Assembly: GCA_038250865.1 (NCBI GenBank)
Contig: JBBSBW010000010.1
Coordinates: 77,256-141,255 of the forward strand
Direction: 5' to 3'
DNA length: 64,000 nucleotides
DNA from: Thermoanaerobaculia bacterium
Lineage (GTDB): Bacteria; Acidobacteriota; Thermoanaerobaculia; Multivoradales; UBA5704
Shown in pieces: positions 37,922 through 46,715 of the stretch. The translations under genes were made by a program, and so were the position numbers. The notes under the pieces are model-generated. The model was not told the origin of the DNA. It ran no database searches and worked only from the letters and a program-made list of their open reading frames with translations. The number at the start of each line of letters is the position of its first letter. Within the stretch, counting starts at the first letter, position 1.

Positions 37922-38259
37922 CCAAGGAATCAGGCGTTTTTCCTTCCGAATCCCGCTCTCCGTGACGGATTACCGAATTCGGCGGCGGCAAGCCGCCATC
38001 GACGGCCGCGCCGCGAGCGCGGCGGGCGCCAACGCCCGGCGGAGCTCCCTGAGCGCATTCTCCGCTCGGCACCGGGCCAGCCGGAGCGTATAGCTCTATT
38101 GCGTCGGCGCTGTCCTTGCGCAAGCGAGGACGATGCTGCTCGCGGGCGCTTCCTGCCAGAGCGGTGTGATTTTTCGTTTCCTGGATCGAATCATAGGGTG
38201 TAGGTGGTTTCGCTCGACGAGCGTCCGACACCTCACTTCGACGGAAGGAACCGAACCCG

Positions 38260-38775
38260 ATGACCCCGACCCCGCCGCAGGAGCGATTCCAGATCCTGCT
38301 CGACCCACACAAGAAGATCCTCTGGAAGGTGGCGAGTTCCTACTGCAAGAGCGCCGCCGATCGCCAGGATCTGGTGCAGGAGATCGCGGTCCAACTCTGG
38401 CGCTCGTTCGACCGCTATGACGCGCGCCTGCGCTTCTCGACCTGGATGTACCGGATCGCTTTGAACGTCGCGATCTCCTTTTATCGCAGCGAATCGCGAC
38501 GTATCCGCCACACGGTGCCGGCCGAGGAGTCGATCCTGGAGATCGCGGAAATCGCGGCGGAACCTTCGTCTCCCGAGATCAACCCCAACCGGGAGCTGCT
38601 GCACCGGTTCATCGCCAAGCTCGATCCGCTGGATCGGGCGCTCGTCCTGCTGTATCTGGAGGGCACCCCGTACGACACCATCGCCCAGATCCTGGGCATC
38701 TCGGAAACCAACGTGGGAACCAAGATCGGCCGGATCAAGCAAAAGCTCCGGCGTGAAGCCGCCAACGCGGCTTGA
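38260..38775 (+). CDS. ECF RNA polymerase sigma-70 factor
   Basis: DLVQEIAVQLW, FSTWMYRIALNVAI (region 2); YDTIAQILGISETNVGTKIGRIK (region 4). Confidence 0.95.
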   Translation: MTPTPPQERFQILLDPHKKILWKVASSYCKSAADRQDLVQEIAVQLWRSFDRYDARLRFSTWMYRIALNVAISFYRSESRRIRHTVPAEESILEIAEIAAEPSSPEINPNRELLHRFIAKLDPLDRALVLLYLEGTPYDTIAQILGISETNVGTKIGRIKQKLRREAANAA

Positions 38776-38792
38776 CGGAAAGGAACATGAAC

Positions 38793-39476
38793 ATGGATCT
38801 CGACGACCTGAAACAAACCTGGCAGGAGCAGGACAGTGCCCTGGATGCGAATCTGCGCCTGAGGACGTTCGCCCGTCATGCGGGAAATGTGCGGCAGACC
38901 GATACGGCGGGCCGGCGGTTGGTGCGCGGGCTCTGGATCGAAGTGATCTTGAGCTTCGTGGCAACCCTGCTGTTCGGATCGTTCCTCGCCGACCATATCT
39001 TGGAGCCGCGCTTCCTGGTCCCCGCGGCGATGCTGCAACTGGCCGCGGTCTTGAGCATTGCCACCGGTGTGCGCCAGCTGGTGGCCGCCAAGATGCGCGA
39101 CGACAGCGAGCCGGTCGTGGCGGTGCAAAAGCGGCTGGAATCGCTCCGCGTCGAGCGGCTGCGGGCGACGAAATGGACGTTCCTGGTCGCGCCGCTTCTC
39201 TGGACGCCGCTCCTGATCGTCGGGCTGAAGGGTCTCTGGGGCCTCGACGCCTGGGCGGCTTTTCCGCCGGCGTACCTGCCCGCCAGCCTTCTGTTCGGCC
39301 TGGCGATGATCCCTCTCGGCCTCTGGCTCGCCCGGCGCTTCGCCGACCGCCTGGCTTGCTCGCCGCTGTTGCAGCGCCTGGCGCGCGACCTGGCCGGCCG
39401 GAATCTGAACGCGGCGCTGGCGTCGCTCGCTTCGCTCGCGGAGTTCGAACGGGAGGAGGCAGTGGGGTCGAATTAG
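38793..39476 (+). CDS. membrane protein, putative anti-sigma factor
   Basis: MDLDDLKQTW start; 4 TM segments; follows the ECF sigma. Confidence 0.8.
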   Translation: MDLDDLKQTWQEQDSALDANLRLRTFARHAGNVRQTDTAGRRLVRGLWIEVILSFVATLLFGSFLADHILEPRFLVPAAMLQLAAVLSIATGVRQLVAAKMRDDSEPVVAVQKRLESLRVERLRATKWTFLVAPLLWTPLLIVGLKGLWGLDAWAAFPPAYLPASLLFGLAMIPLGLWLARRFADRLACSPLLQRLARDLAGRNLNAALASLASLAEFEREEAVGSN

Positions 39477-39691
39477 CTCTCCACCGTCGGTCGCCGGCCC
39501 CGTTGGGGTGAAACCGTCCGCCTCCTTCAAACCCGAGCGACAGCGATGGGCCGGGGAGGCGGGCGACTCGAGCCGGATGGCAAGGGCCACGCGATTGCTC
39601 AGCGCGAGGTCGAAGCGCTGAGCGGAACTGGGCTCTACTTTTCGGCGCGCGGTTCGCCGGGCATCCCGCTGTCTTGCGGTACGATGGTTCC

Positions 39692-40630
39692 ATGCGGCAG
39701 GTATTCGCAGACCCAAAAACCGACTTCGTCTTCAAACGCATCTTCGGCAGCGAGCCCCACAAGCCGCTTCTCATCGAGCTGCTCAACTCTCTGCTGGAGC
39801 TGGCGGGCGACCACCGGATCGTCGACCTCAAATACCTCTCCTCCGAGCAGCGCGTGCCGGTGCAGGAGTTAAAGCTGTCTGTGGTCGACGTCAAGTGCTT
39901 CGACGAGCGAGGGCGGCACTATGTGGTCGAGATGCAGGTGCTCAACGTCGAGGGCTTCGAGAAGCGGGTGGTGTACAACACCTCCAAGGCCTACGTCACT
40001 CAACTGCGTAGAGGCGAGGACTACCCCGGTCTCGACGACGTGGTGGGGGTGACGATCTGCGATTTCCTGCTCTGGCCCGGGCCACCGGTCCCGGGCGGTG
40101 CACCGGTGCCGATGCTCAGTCGCTGGCGGATGCAGGAGCAGCACGGCGGCGCGCTCGGCCTGTCCCAGGTGCAGTACGTCTTCCTGGAGCTACCGAAATA
40201 CCGAGCAGGCAACGATCCACTTGGGACGATCGACCGCTGGGCCTACTTCTTCCGCGAGGCGGAGAACCTGGAGGTGGTGCCGCCGGCCCTGGCGCAGGCG
40301 CCGTACCGTCAGGCGTTGGAGGTCGCGCGCGTGGCGGGATTCAGTGCCGGCGAACTCGATCTCTACGACCGCGCGAAGATCGCCGAGCAGGATGCCCGCG
40401 GAGCCCTCAGTCTGGCCGAACGGCAGGGCCGAGACGAAGGGCGTCGAGAAGGGCGCGACGAAGGGCGTCGAGAAGGCCTCGACGAGGGGTTGCGCGAAGG
40501 AATCCGCGCCCTTTGCCAAGCCTTGGAGATCGAACTCGACGCGGAGCGGGAAGCCGTCCTGGGCCGCTTGGGGGGCGACGAGCTGAAGGCGTTGCAGGCC
40601 CGCCTGTTGCGCGAGCGGCGCTGGAGCTGA
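39692..40630 (+). CDS. Rpn family recombination-promoting nuclease / PD-(D/E)XK protein
   Basis: DPKTDFVFKRIFG, VVDV..D..G..YVVEMQ, FLELPK and C-terminal EG repeats. Confidence 0.93.
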   Translation: MRQVFADPKTDFVFKRIFGSEPHKPLLIELLNSLLELAGDHRIVDLKYLSSEQRVPVQELKLSVVDVKCFDERGRHYVVEMQVLNVEGFEKRVVYNTSKAYVTQLRRGEDYPGLDDVVGVTICDFLLWPGPPVPGGAPVPMLSRWRMQEQHGGALGLSQVQYVFLELPKYRAGNDPLGTIDRWAYFFREAENLEVVPPALAQAPYRQALEVARVAGFSAGELDLYDRAKIAEQDARGALSLAERQGRDEGRREGRDEGRREGLDEGLREGIRALCQALEIELDAEREAVLGRLGGDELKALQARLLRERRWS

Positions 40631-40801
40631 ACGGTCTTTCTTGGCCGAATGAGTCCGCGGAGCGGCAGATCGCCTCCCCTTGACCCTGGAACCGATTCCA
40701 GGGTTTACCATCCCTCCATGTCTCTCCGCACCCCGCCCCTCCGGCCTCTCACGGCAACTGCCGGAAGCCCCGGGATAGTTCCCCGTCCTAGCATCTGATG
40801 C

Positions 40802-41047
40802 ATGCGCACCACACTTGACATCGCAGAAGAGGTACTGATGGCGGTCAAGGACAGTGCACGACGGCAGAAGCGCAGTATCGGAGACCTCCTGTCCGAGCTT
40901 GCCCGGGCGGCTTTGACCCACAAGTTCCGGGAAAACAATGAAGCCGACAAGCCGAAGAGCTTCTATGGCTTCGATCCGTTGCCTCTTCGTGGCGGGACGG
41001 TCTCCAACGAGCTGATCGACAAACTCCGAGAAGACGACCTCGATTGA
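40802..41047 (+). CDS. VapB-like RHH antitoxin
   Basis: MRTTLDIAEEVL...SELARAAL, GGTVSNELIDKLRE; stop overlaps a PIN start. Confidence 0.85.
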   Translation: MRTTLDIAEEVLMAVKDSARRQKRSIGDLLSELARAALTHKFRENNEADKPKSFYGFDPLPLRGGTVSNELIDKLREDDLD

Positions 41048-41350
41048 TGCGTGCGCTTCTCGACATCAACGTTCTCCTCACACTGCTGGATGCAGAACAC
41101 GCCGACCATCAGCGAGCCCAAAAGGGTGAGGTCGTCATGAAGCCGATCTCTCTCCACGTCGAAGACGAGACCTGAAGGCTCTGGCGAGTTGGACCGAGCG
41201 GAAGGTGGCCGAGTTGATCCGCTGGAGTTCATGGCGGCCCCGCTTCGGGCGGAAGAGGATTCTCGACACCGCCCTCGCGACAACCCTCGAATGTGCCGGG
41301 GTCCATCGCCTGGCCACTTTCAACTCGGCGGATTTCGCCCGTTTGCGATC
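41047..41350 (+). pseudogene. mosaic of truncated VapC N-terminus, second RHH antitoxin fragment and PIN C-terminus
   Basis: MRALLDINVLLTLLDAEHADHQRA, then MKPISLHVEDET* (41137), then GRKRILDTALATTLECAGVHRLATFNSADF. Confidence 0.7.
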
Positions 41351-41467
41351 GACCTCGGGCAGCACGGCCAGCCATCCGATCCTTCCTCCGAAACCCCAGA
41401 AGACGTGGAGTAGCGAGAGCGCGGCGAGGATGAGGACGACGCCGGGACCTATGAGAGGGGGAGTCAT
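41345..41467 (-). pseudogene. N-terminal fragment of a DUF3995-like membrane protein
   Basis: LAALSLLHVFWGFGG...AVLPEVD, then runs into the antisense strand of the PIN remnant. Confidence 0.45.
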
Positions 41468-41535
41468 TCCGAGAGCGTATCAGCCTGCGATTTCCCAGTT
41501 GAAAAGGCCGAAGTTGGGCTACGCTCCCGGACGCG

Positions 41536-42768
41536 ATGCGCCGTATACCTGCCCGCCGCCTATGGGTGTTGGCGCTCTTCCTCGGGATGACCGCTGCGGC
41601 GGTCGAGCTCGCTTCGCGCGCCGGCTTGGCCGTACTGAAACGGCGCGGAATCGAATACCAACCGCTCGTCGCCGATCGACTAAGCGCGGAGCATCGCGGC
41701 CTGCTCAAAGATCTTCTGGCCGGACGTCCCTCGCTCTTCCAGCACGACGCGGTGCTCGGCTGGACGCTGCGGCCGGGTTTCCATTCGGCGGTGAGCACCG
41801 TCGGCCTCGACGGAAGGCGCAGGGACCCCGAGCGTCCGAAACCGACGGGAACCGGGGTGCGAGTGGCGACTTTCGGCGATTCCTTCACCTTTGGCGGCGA
41901 CGTTGCCGATCGCGACGCCTATCCCGAGGTTCTGGCCCGGTTGGACGCCGGGCTTGAGGTCGACAACTTCGGCGTCCCCGCCTATGGCCTCGACCAGGCG
42001 TTCCTGCGCTATCAGCGGGCCGGCCGGCCGACGCACCCGCAAATCGTGATCATCGGATTCATGTCGGAGAACATCTTCCGAGACGTGAGCGTTTTCCGGC
42101 CGTTTTATCGCTCGCTGAGCCAGGTGCCCTTTGCGAAGCCGCGGTATCTACCGGGCCTGCCCGGCCGGCCTGAACCGATCCTGGTCGAGAACCCGCTACC
42201 ACGACTCGCGGACTATCGACGCCTTCTGGAGCAGCCGGCGGAGACGCTGAAGCTCTTGGGGCGGAACGATTATTTCTACCGGACGCGACCCCGCGCCGGA
42301 GCGTTTGACCGGAGCGCCACGGTGCGATTGGTGAAGCTCGCGAGGGAGCACCTCTTGCCGGACACCGGGATCGTACGTCACGGGTACTACAACATCGACG
42401 GCGAGGCATTCCGTGTGAGCACCGGCCTGTTTTCGGCGTTCTACGAGATGGCGCTGCGCGATGGAGCGCAGCCCGTCATCTTGATTTTTCCCGAACGCGG
42501 CGATCTCGACCGCTGGCGCAGTGAGCACACCAAGCGCTACGCGCCGCTCCTGCAATTCTTCGCCGCCAAGGGGTACCGGCTGGTCGATGGGATGACCGCT
42601 CTCGATGCCGCCGGCAATGTTCACCCGGCCCAAGATCTCATTCCAGCGCACTTGAGTCCGCTCGCCAATCAGATGGTCGCCACGTACCTGCTCCAGCAAC
42701 TGCAAAGTTTTGACCTGATCGGCGAGGCGAGGACGGTCGGCGGCTCTGCCAGATCGATGGGTCGGTGA
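41536..42768 (+). CDS. SGNH/GDSL hydrolase family protein, membrane-anchored
   Basis: FGDSFTFG, NFGVPAYGLDQ and C-terminal HLSPLAN. Confidence 0.88.
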   Translation: MRRIPARRLWVLALFLGMTAAAVELASRAGLAVLKRRGIEYQPLVADRLSAEHRGLLKDLLAGRPSLFQHDAVLGWTLRPGFHSAVSTVGLDGRRRDPERPKPTGTGVRVATFGDSFTFGGDVADRDAYPEVLARLDAGLEVDNFGVPAYGLDQAFLRYQRAGRPTHPQIVIIGFMSENIFRDVSVFRPFYRSLSQVPFAKPRYLPGLPGRPEPILVENPLPRLADYRRLLEQPAETLKLLGRNDYFYRTRPRAGAFDRSATVRLVKLAREHLLPDTGIVRHGYYNIDGEAFRVSTGLFSAFYEMALRDGAQPVILIFPERGDLDRWRSEHTKRYAPLLQFFAAKGYRLVDGMTALDAAGNVHPAQDLIPAHLSPLANQMVATYLLQQLQSFDLIGEARTVGGSARSMGR

Positions 42769-42872
42769 TAATTAAAGTTGCAGATTTACAGTGGAGCTGT
42801 TGAAGGGGTACCTTCTTTCGAGTAAGCCCCGCGTCGCGAAATCCCGCCCGCGGGATCGAGAAGGAGGTTCCC

Positions 42873-43196
42873 ATGAAGCTACATTCCTCCGTCCTCTGTT
42901 GCCTCCTGGTCCTCGCTGCGGCCCTGATGTTGGCTCCGGCCCCCGCGGCGGCCGCCCCTCCGGGATGCTCCTGCGGCGCCTTTGAGCAGACCCCTCAGGA
43001 TTATGCCTATGGCTCCTCCTGCGCCCAAGCCCAGTCGAATCTTTGGGCACAGGCCGACCCCTACATCGTCTGTGAGGATCTTCCCTACACCTGCGGCCGC
43101 CAGAACGTCTTGACCGCGGGCTGCCACTGGGACGCCTACACGAGCCAGTGGCAGGTGGACGGCTACGTCAAGTTCAAGTGCTGGTGGTGCAGCTAA
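42873..43196 (+). CDS. small secreted Cys-rich protein (8 Cys in mature part)
   Basis: AAGGAGG RBS; signal peptide; mature APPGCSC...KCWWCS. Confidence 0.8.
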   Translation: MKLHSSVLCCLLVLAAALMLAPAPAAAAPPGCSCGAFEQTPQDYAYGSSCAQAQSNLWAQADPYIVCEDLPYTCGRQNVLTAGCHWDAYTSQWQVDGYVKFKCWWCS

Positions 43197-43205
43197 AGCC
43201 TCCAT

Positions 43206-43236
43206 TCCCCTGCCCGTACCGGCTTCGGGCAGGGGA
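43206..43236. terminator. hairpin between convergent small genes
   Basis: TCCCCTGCCCG / CGGGCAGGGGA 11-bp stem; U-tract weak. Confidence 0.45.
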
Positions 43237-43254
43237 CCTGAAAAATCGATCCGC

Positions 43255-43425
43255 TCAGCAGAGGTTCGTCCCGCAAGGCGTCCGGCAGGTAGCGCAGGTC
43301 TGATAGCCGCTCCACTCGCAGGCTTTCGGACCCGTAACGCCCGCCACGGCGGGTTCGAGCGTCCGGCTGTCGAGGGCCTTCAGGGTCTCGCGGTGGAGCT
43401 TCAGGGCGCAGCTCTTCCTCTTCAT
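43255..43425 (-). CDS. RiPP (lanthipeptide-like) precursor peptide
   Basis: MKRKSCALKLHRETLKALD...VAG leader; core VTGPKACEWSGYQTCATCRTPCGTNLC; GAAGGGA RBS. Confidence 0.7.
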   Translation of the reverse strand: MKRKSCALKLHRETLKALDSRTLEPAVAGVTGPKACEWSGYQTCATCRTPCGTNLC

Positions 43426-43560
43426 CTCGTGTCCCTTCGAGCCGGCGCGGTGGGGCGGCGAAATGCCGAACCCGCGCCGGGCCTCCTGTAAAGAACCGGT
43501 GCGCGTTACGAGTCGGAGCGAGCCAAACCGCCCGGGACCCACGCTCGCGTGTCCGTTTTC

Positions 43561-44136
43561 TCAGAAACTCGACGGGAAGGTCCTCGTCAAAGCCCGCGCC
43601 CCCGCGAGCAGGTTGCAGAACAGCTGCCCTTGCTCGATCGCGTCGCCGAGCGCGATGTGGGCATGGGGCGCTTCGCCGAGCCATCTCTGCGGAATGCTCC
43701 CCTTCTTGATCTCGCGGTACTCCTTGCCGAGGACCACCATCGCCAAAGTCTTGATGTCGAGCGCGGAGAACGAGAAGGGGCTCCGCCCCGCGAAGCGGAT
43801 TAGGTACCAATAGACGAACTGAAAGTCGTATGCCGCCGGGTAGCCCACGAACACGGGCCGGGCCGGCAGGTTCTCGAGCCACAGGGCATATTCTTCGATC
43901 GCTTCACCGATTTCGCGGAGATTCTCCCGGCAAACTTTCCACTGTTCCGGATGGCTCGCCCAAAATGCCATCGTCTCCGGATGTTCGGCCGCCCCCTCCA
44001 GTGTCTTCAGATTCGCGGTAAAGGTAGAGACCAGCGTGCCGTCGGCCTGAAACGCAGCCGAGCCGAAGCTCAGCATCGAATAAGGACCGGGAATCGGGCC
44101 GTTCGCTTCGACGTCGGTGCTAACGTAGATCTCCAT
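43561..44136 (-). CDS. DEDD 3'-5' exonuclease (Rv2179c-like)
   Basis: [16 protein letters not shown] and HIALGDA motifs. Confidence 0.88.
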   Translation of the reverse strand: MEIYVSTDVEANGPIPGPYSMLSFGSAAFQADGTLVSTFTANLKTLEGAAEHPETMAFWASHPEQWKVCRENLREIGEAIEEYALWLENLPARPVFVGYPAAYDFQFVYWYLIRFAGRSPFSFSALDIKTLAMVVLGKEYREIKKGSIPQRWLGEAPHAHIALGDAIEQGQLFCNLLAGARALTRTFPSSF

Positions 44137-44137
44137 C

Positions 44138-44794
44138 TCAGGCTAAACCCTCCAGTTGCTTTCGAGCGTCGCGACGAATCCAACGCTCAAGGTCAGAGGT
44201 TCCGATCCGGCGCGCGGCGGCGTTCCAATCGCCGCGTCCCCCCGGCGGGCGGAGGCGAAAGGTTCGAGCCTCCGGCAACTGGGCCGCCCACTCCCTAGCC
44301 CAACGATCGCCCGGCCGGTTGCCGTCGAAGGCGAGCCAGACCTCGCGTCGCTCGATTCGGGCGGGGAGCCAGTCGACCCAACGGCCAATCGTCGCCACGC
44401 TGGGGAGCCCGGCGGCCGCGAGGGACAGGGCATCGAACAATCCTTCGACGAGGACCAGCGGAGCGGCCTCGAGACCACCCGGCGAAATGTAAGCTCCTCC
44501 GGAACGACCGACCGTGAACATCTTCCCCTCGCCGCGACAGACGTGGAGGTAGCGGCCATGCACCGATCGGAGCTCGTCGCCCGGCCCGGTCAATCGCGCC
44601 AGCAGGGCGGGGCGTCCTTCCAGGTCAGCGGTAAACCGAACGCTGGCCGCTTCAGCGGCGGCGAGAGGCACCCGGCGCTTCGCGAGATACGCCTCGGCGT
44701 CGCTTCCTGGGAGAGGTAGGGAGCGATGCCAGAGATCTTCCGGCCCTTCCCCCGCGGGGAAAAGGGCTGGGGCATCTGGAGGAAGCATCCACAT
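44138..44794 (-). CDS. stand-alone Toprim (primase-like) domain protein
   Basis: [36 protein letters not shown]. Confidence 0.8.
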   Translation of the reverse strand: MWMLPPDAPALFPAGEGPEDLWHRSLPLPGSDAEAYLAKRRVPLAAAEAASVRFTADLEGRPALLARLTGPGDELRSVHGRYLHVCRGEGKMFTVGRSGGAYISPGGLEAAPLVLVEGLFDALSLAAAGLPSVATIGRWVDWLPARIERREVWLAFDGNRPGDRWAREWAAQLPEARTFRLRPPGGRGDWNAAARRIGTSDLERWIRRDARKQLEGLA

Positions 44795-45223
44795 TTGCGT
44801 TCAAATAATTGTAGCTCGCAAACGCGAGCGATCGGATCCATAAGCGGGGCGAGAAAGAGGGGGGCGAATTCCTGGTCGTCCGCCAACACGCGGACACCAC
44901 CGGCGGATGGCAGACGGAGCCCGCCCAGATTCGCGAGATCGTCGCCGCCGCGTTCGAGGGAGGCACCTTATACTCCCGGCCAACCGGTACCTCCATGCTC
45001 GGAATCTGCGGTTCGAAAGCGCGTGCCCTCTTCGGGCTGGCCGCACTACTCGCACGGTCATCCTCAGCCGTAGGGCAGAACGCGGGAGAGTCGGTGCGCC
45101 TGGCGCCCGGCGAGCGGCTCTGCCGCCCGCTCGCGGCCGATTCGTCGCTCGGAGTCGTGATCGCGCCTCCGGCGAGGCTCCGGCGCGGACGATCGACAGC
45201 CCGCAGGATCGACAGGGGGAAGA

Positions 45224-45528
45224 GTCGACTTGACCCGTCTCGAATGCCGCGTCGGACCGCTGCGCTCGGGCGCGGCAGACCTCCTCGAGAGATATGATGA
45301 AGTGTTCTCGTCAGGTGTGTTTTCCCGCCTACTGATCGACTCTGCTATCTATGATCGGGCGACCACCTTCGCGCGCGGGAGGGCTGGAAGACGCCAGACT
45401 CGCTCCACGTTGCGGCGGCTCTGGCAGGCGACTGCCGAGAGTTCTGGACCAACGATGACCGCCTTGCCAAGTCGTCGGTTCGTCACGTTTCGGTTCGAGT
45501 CTTCCCCGTAATCCAGGAAGAGAGTTAG
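45224..45528 (+). pseudogene. VapC/PIN toxin remnant (5'-truncated, frameshifted)
   Basis: LTRLECRVGPL...IYDRAT, frameshift near 45365, then LRAREGWKTPDSLHVAAALAGDCREFWTNDDRL. Confidence 0.8.
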
Positions 45529-45655
45529 CCTGGGACCGCCGCCGTCTCGGCGGCGCAGGGGGCGATCGGACGAAACCCCCGGAGCCGCGCCGATTCTCCC
45601 GATCCCGACTCCGCTTCGGCTACCATTGCGGCTCCACCTCTAACAGGAGCCGCAG

Positions 45656-45862
45656 ATGAAGAAGAAACTCTCCCTTCGCCGCGAGACGCTGTTCCGCCTT
45701 ACTCAAGCCGACGCCGTACGAGTGCTCGGCGGTGTGCGACTCGTCCACGAAACCTTCGATTCGGGCGAGACCTACTGCTGGTGCTCGCGGGGCTGCCCGC
45801 CGCAGAGCGATGGCTGTCCAGGGACCGACCCGATCGAGACCTCGGCCTGCAACGCCGCCTGA
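45656..45862 (+). CDS. RiPP precursor peptide with double-glycine leader
   Basis: AGGAG RBS; MKKKLSLRRETLFRL...VLGG leader; core with 5 Cys and several Ser/Thr. Confidence 0.75.
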   Translation: MKKKLSLRRETLFRLTQADAVRVLGGVRLVHETFDSGETYCWCSRGCPPQSDGCPGTDPIETSACNAA

Positions 45863-46068
45863 ACCGCCCCGGGGCGGCTTGGATCCCTCTGAGCTGCCCT
45901 GCCTATTACATGATGCCAGCTGCCGAAGTGGCCTTGAGGCTGGTACCAAACAGTAGGGCCTCTCGCTTTTCACAGCCTTCGCGCCTGCATTGGGGGGCTC
46001 GGCGGTTGGGTGAAACCGTCGGCCCTTGCCTGCCGTAAGATGGGCTCGGCAGGGAGGTCCACCTACAC

Positions 46069-46254
46069 ATGCCCCTCACTCGCTCTTCCCGACACAAAAT
46101 CATCGCCGGCGTCTGCGGCGGCTTGGCGGACTGGCTCGGCTGGGACGTGACGCTGGTGCGCGTCCTCTACGTCGTCGTCTCGGTCGTTTCGGTCGCGTTC
46201 CCCGGCATCCTGGCGTACGTGATCCTCTGGATCGTGATGCCTGCTGACTCGTAA
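46069..46254 (+). CDS. PspC domain-containing protein
   Basis: LTRSSRHKIIAGVCGGLADWLGWDVTLVR...YVILWIVMP. Confidence 0.93.
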   Translation: MPLTRSSRHKIIAGVCGGLADWLGWDVTLVRVLYVVVSVVSVAFPGILAYVILWIVMPADS

Positions 46255-46260
46255 CGAGGT

Positions 46261-46460
46261 CTACTCGTAGCCCTGACCACGCTTGAAGACGTGAAGGATG
46301 ATGAGGACTCCCAGCGCCTGGTCCCAGCCAAAGCGGACTCGCCAGCCGCCGACGCGCAGCCGATATTCGGGGGGTTGCTGGCCCGCAAGCTTGACCACAT
46401 CACCCTGACGGGTCTCGGCAAACCTCAGAACGGTGGCGACAATTCGCGCGCGGTCGTGAG
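46261..46460 (-). pseudogene. RelE/ParE toxin lacking its N-terminus
   Basis: GDVVKLAG...YRLRVGGWRVRF...ILHVFKRGQGYE; no plausible start, fused into the antitoxin tail. Confidence 0.7.
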
Positions 46461-46676
46461 GCTCTTCCCTTCCCGTTGATCTCGCCAAGCTTCGGCCACC
46501 GCCGCAATCTCGCCGGGCGTCTCGTCCTCATCATCCTCGGGGGCGTTCTCTAAGGTAAAGAGAGGTGGCTCAGCCGTCTCCTGGAGGACCGCGAGCAAGA
46601 GCTTGGCGCGGGGGATCTCGGTCTCCGGAAGGTCGTCTACCAGACGGTGAAGGCTGTCTCGCATCGTCATAGCCAT
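46425..46676 (-). CDS. antitoxin-like protein (C-terminus altered by deletion)
   Basis: GAGGAG RBS; RDSLHRLVDDLPE...APEDDEDET.GEIAAVAEAW...GK pattern upstream of the RelE remnant. Confidence 0.7.
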   Translation of the reverse strand: MAMTMRDSLHRLVDDLPETEIPRAKLLLAVLQETAEPPLFTLENAPEDDEDETPGEIAAVAEAWRDQREGKSLTTARELSPPF

Positions 46677-46715
46677 CTCCTCGGCCTCTTTTCTAACTCT
46701 ACGCGGACGTCCATC

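Noticed and set aside
39692-40630. Rpn gene as an IS element
   Set aside because: No terminal inverted repeats or target duplications are visible; the family is not a demonstrated transposase
44800-45225. Possible coding fragments upstream of the PIN remnant
   Set aside because: Short protein-like stretches in changing frames with no assignable family
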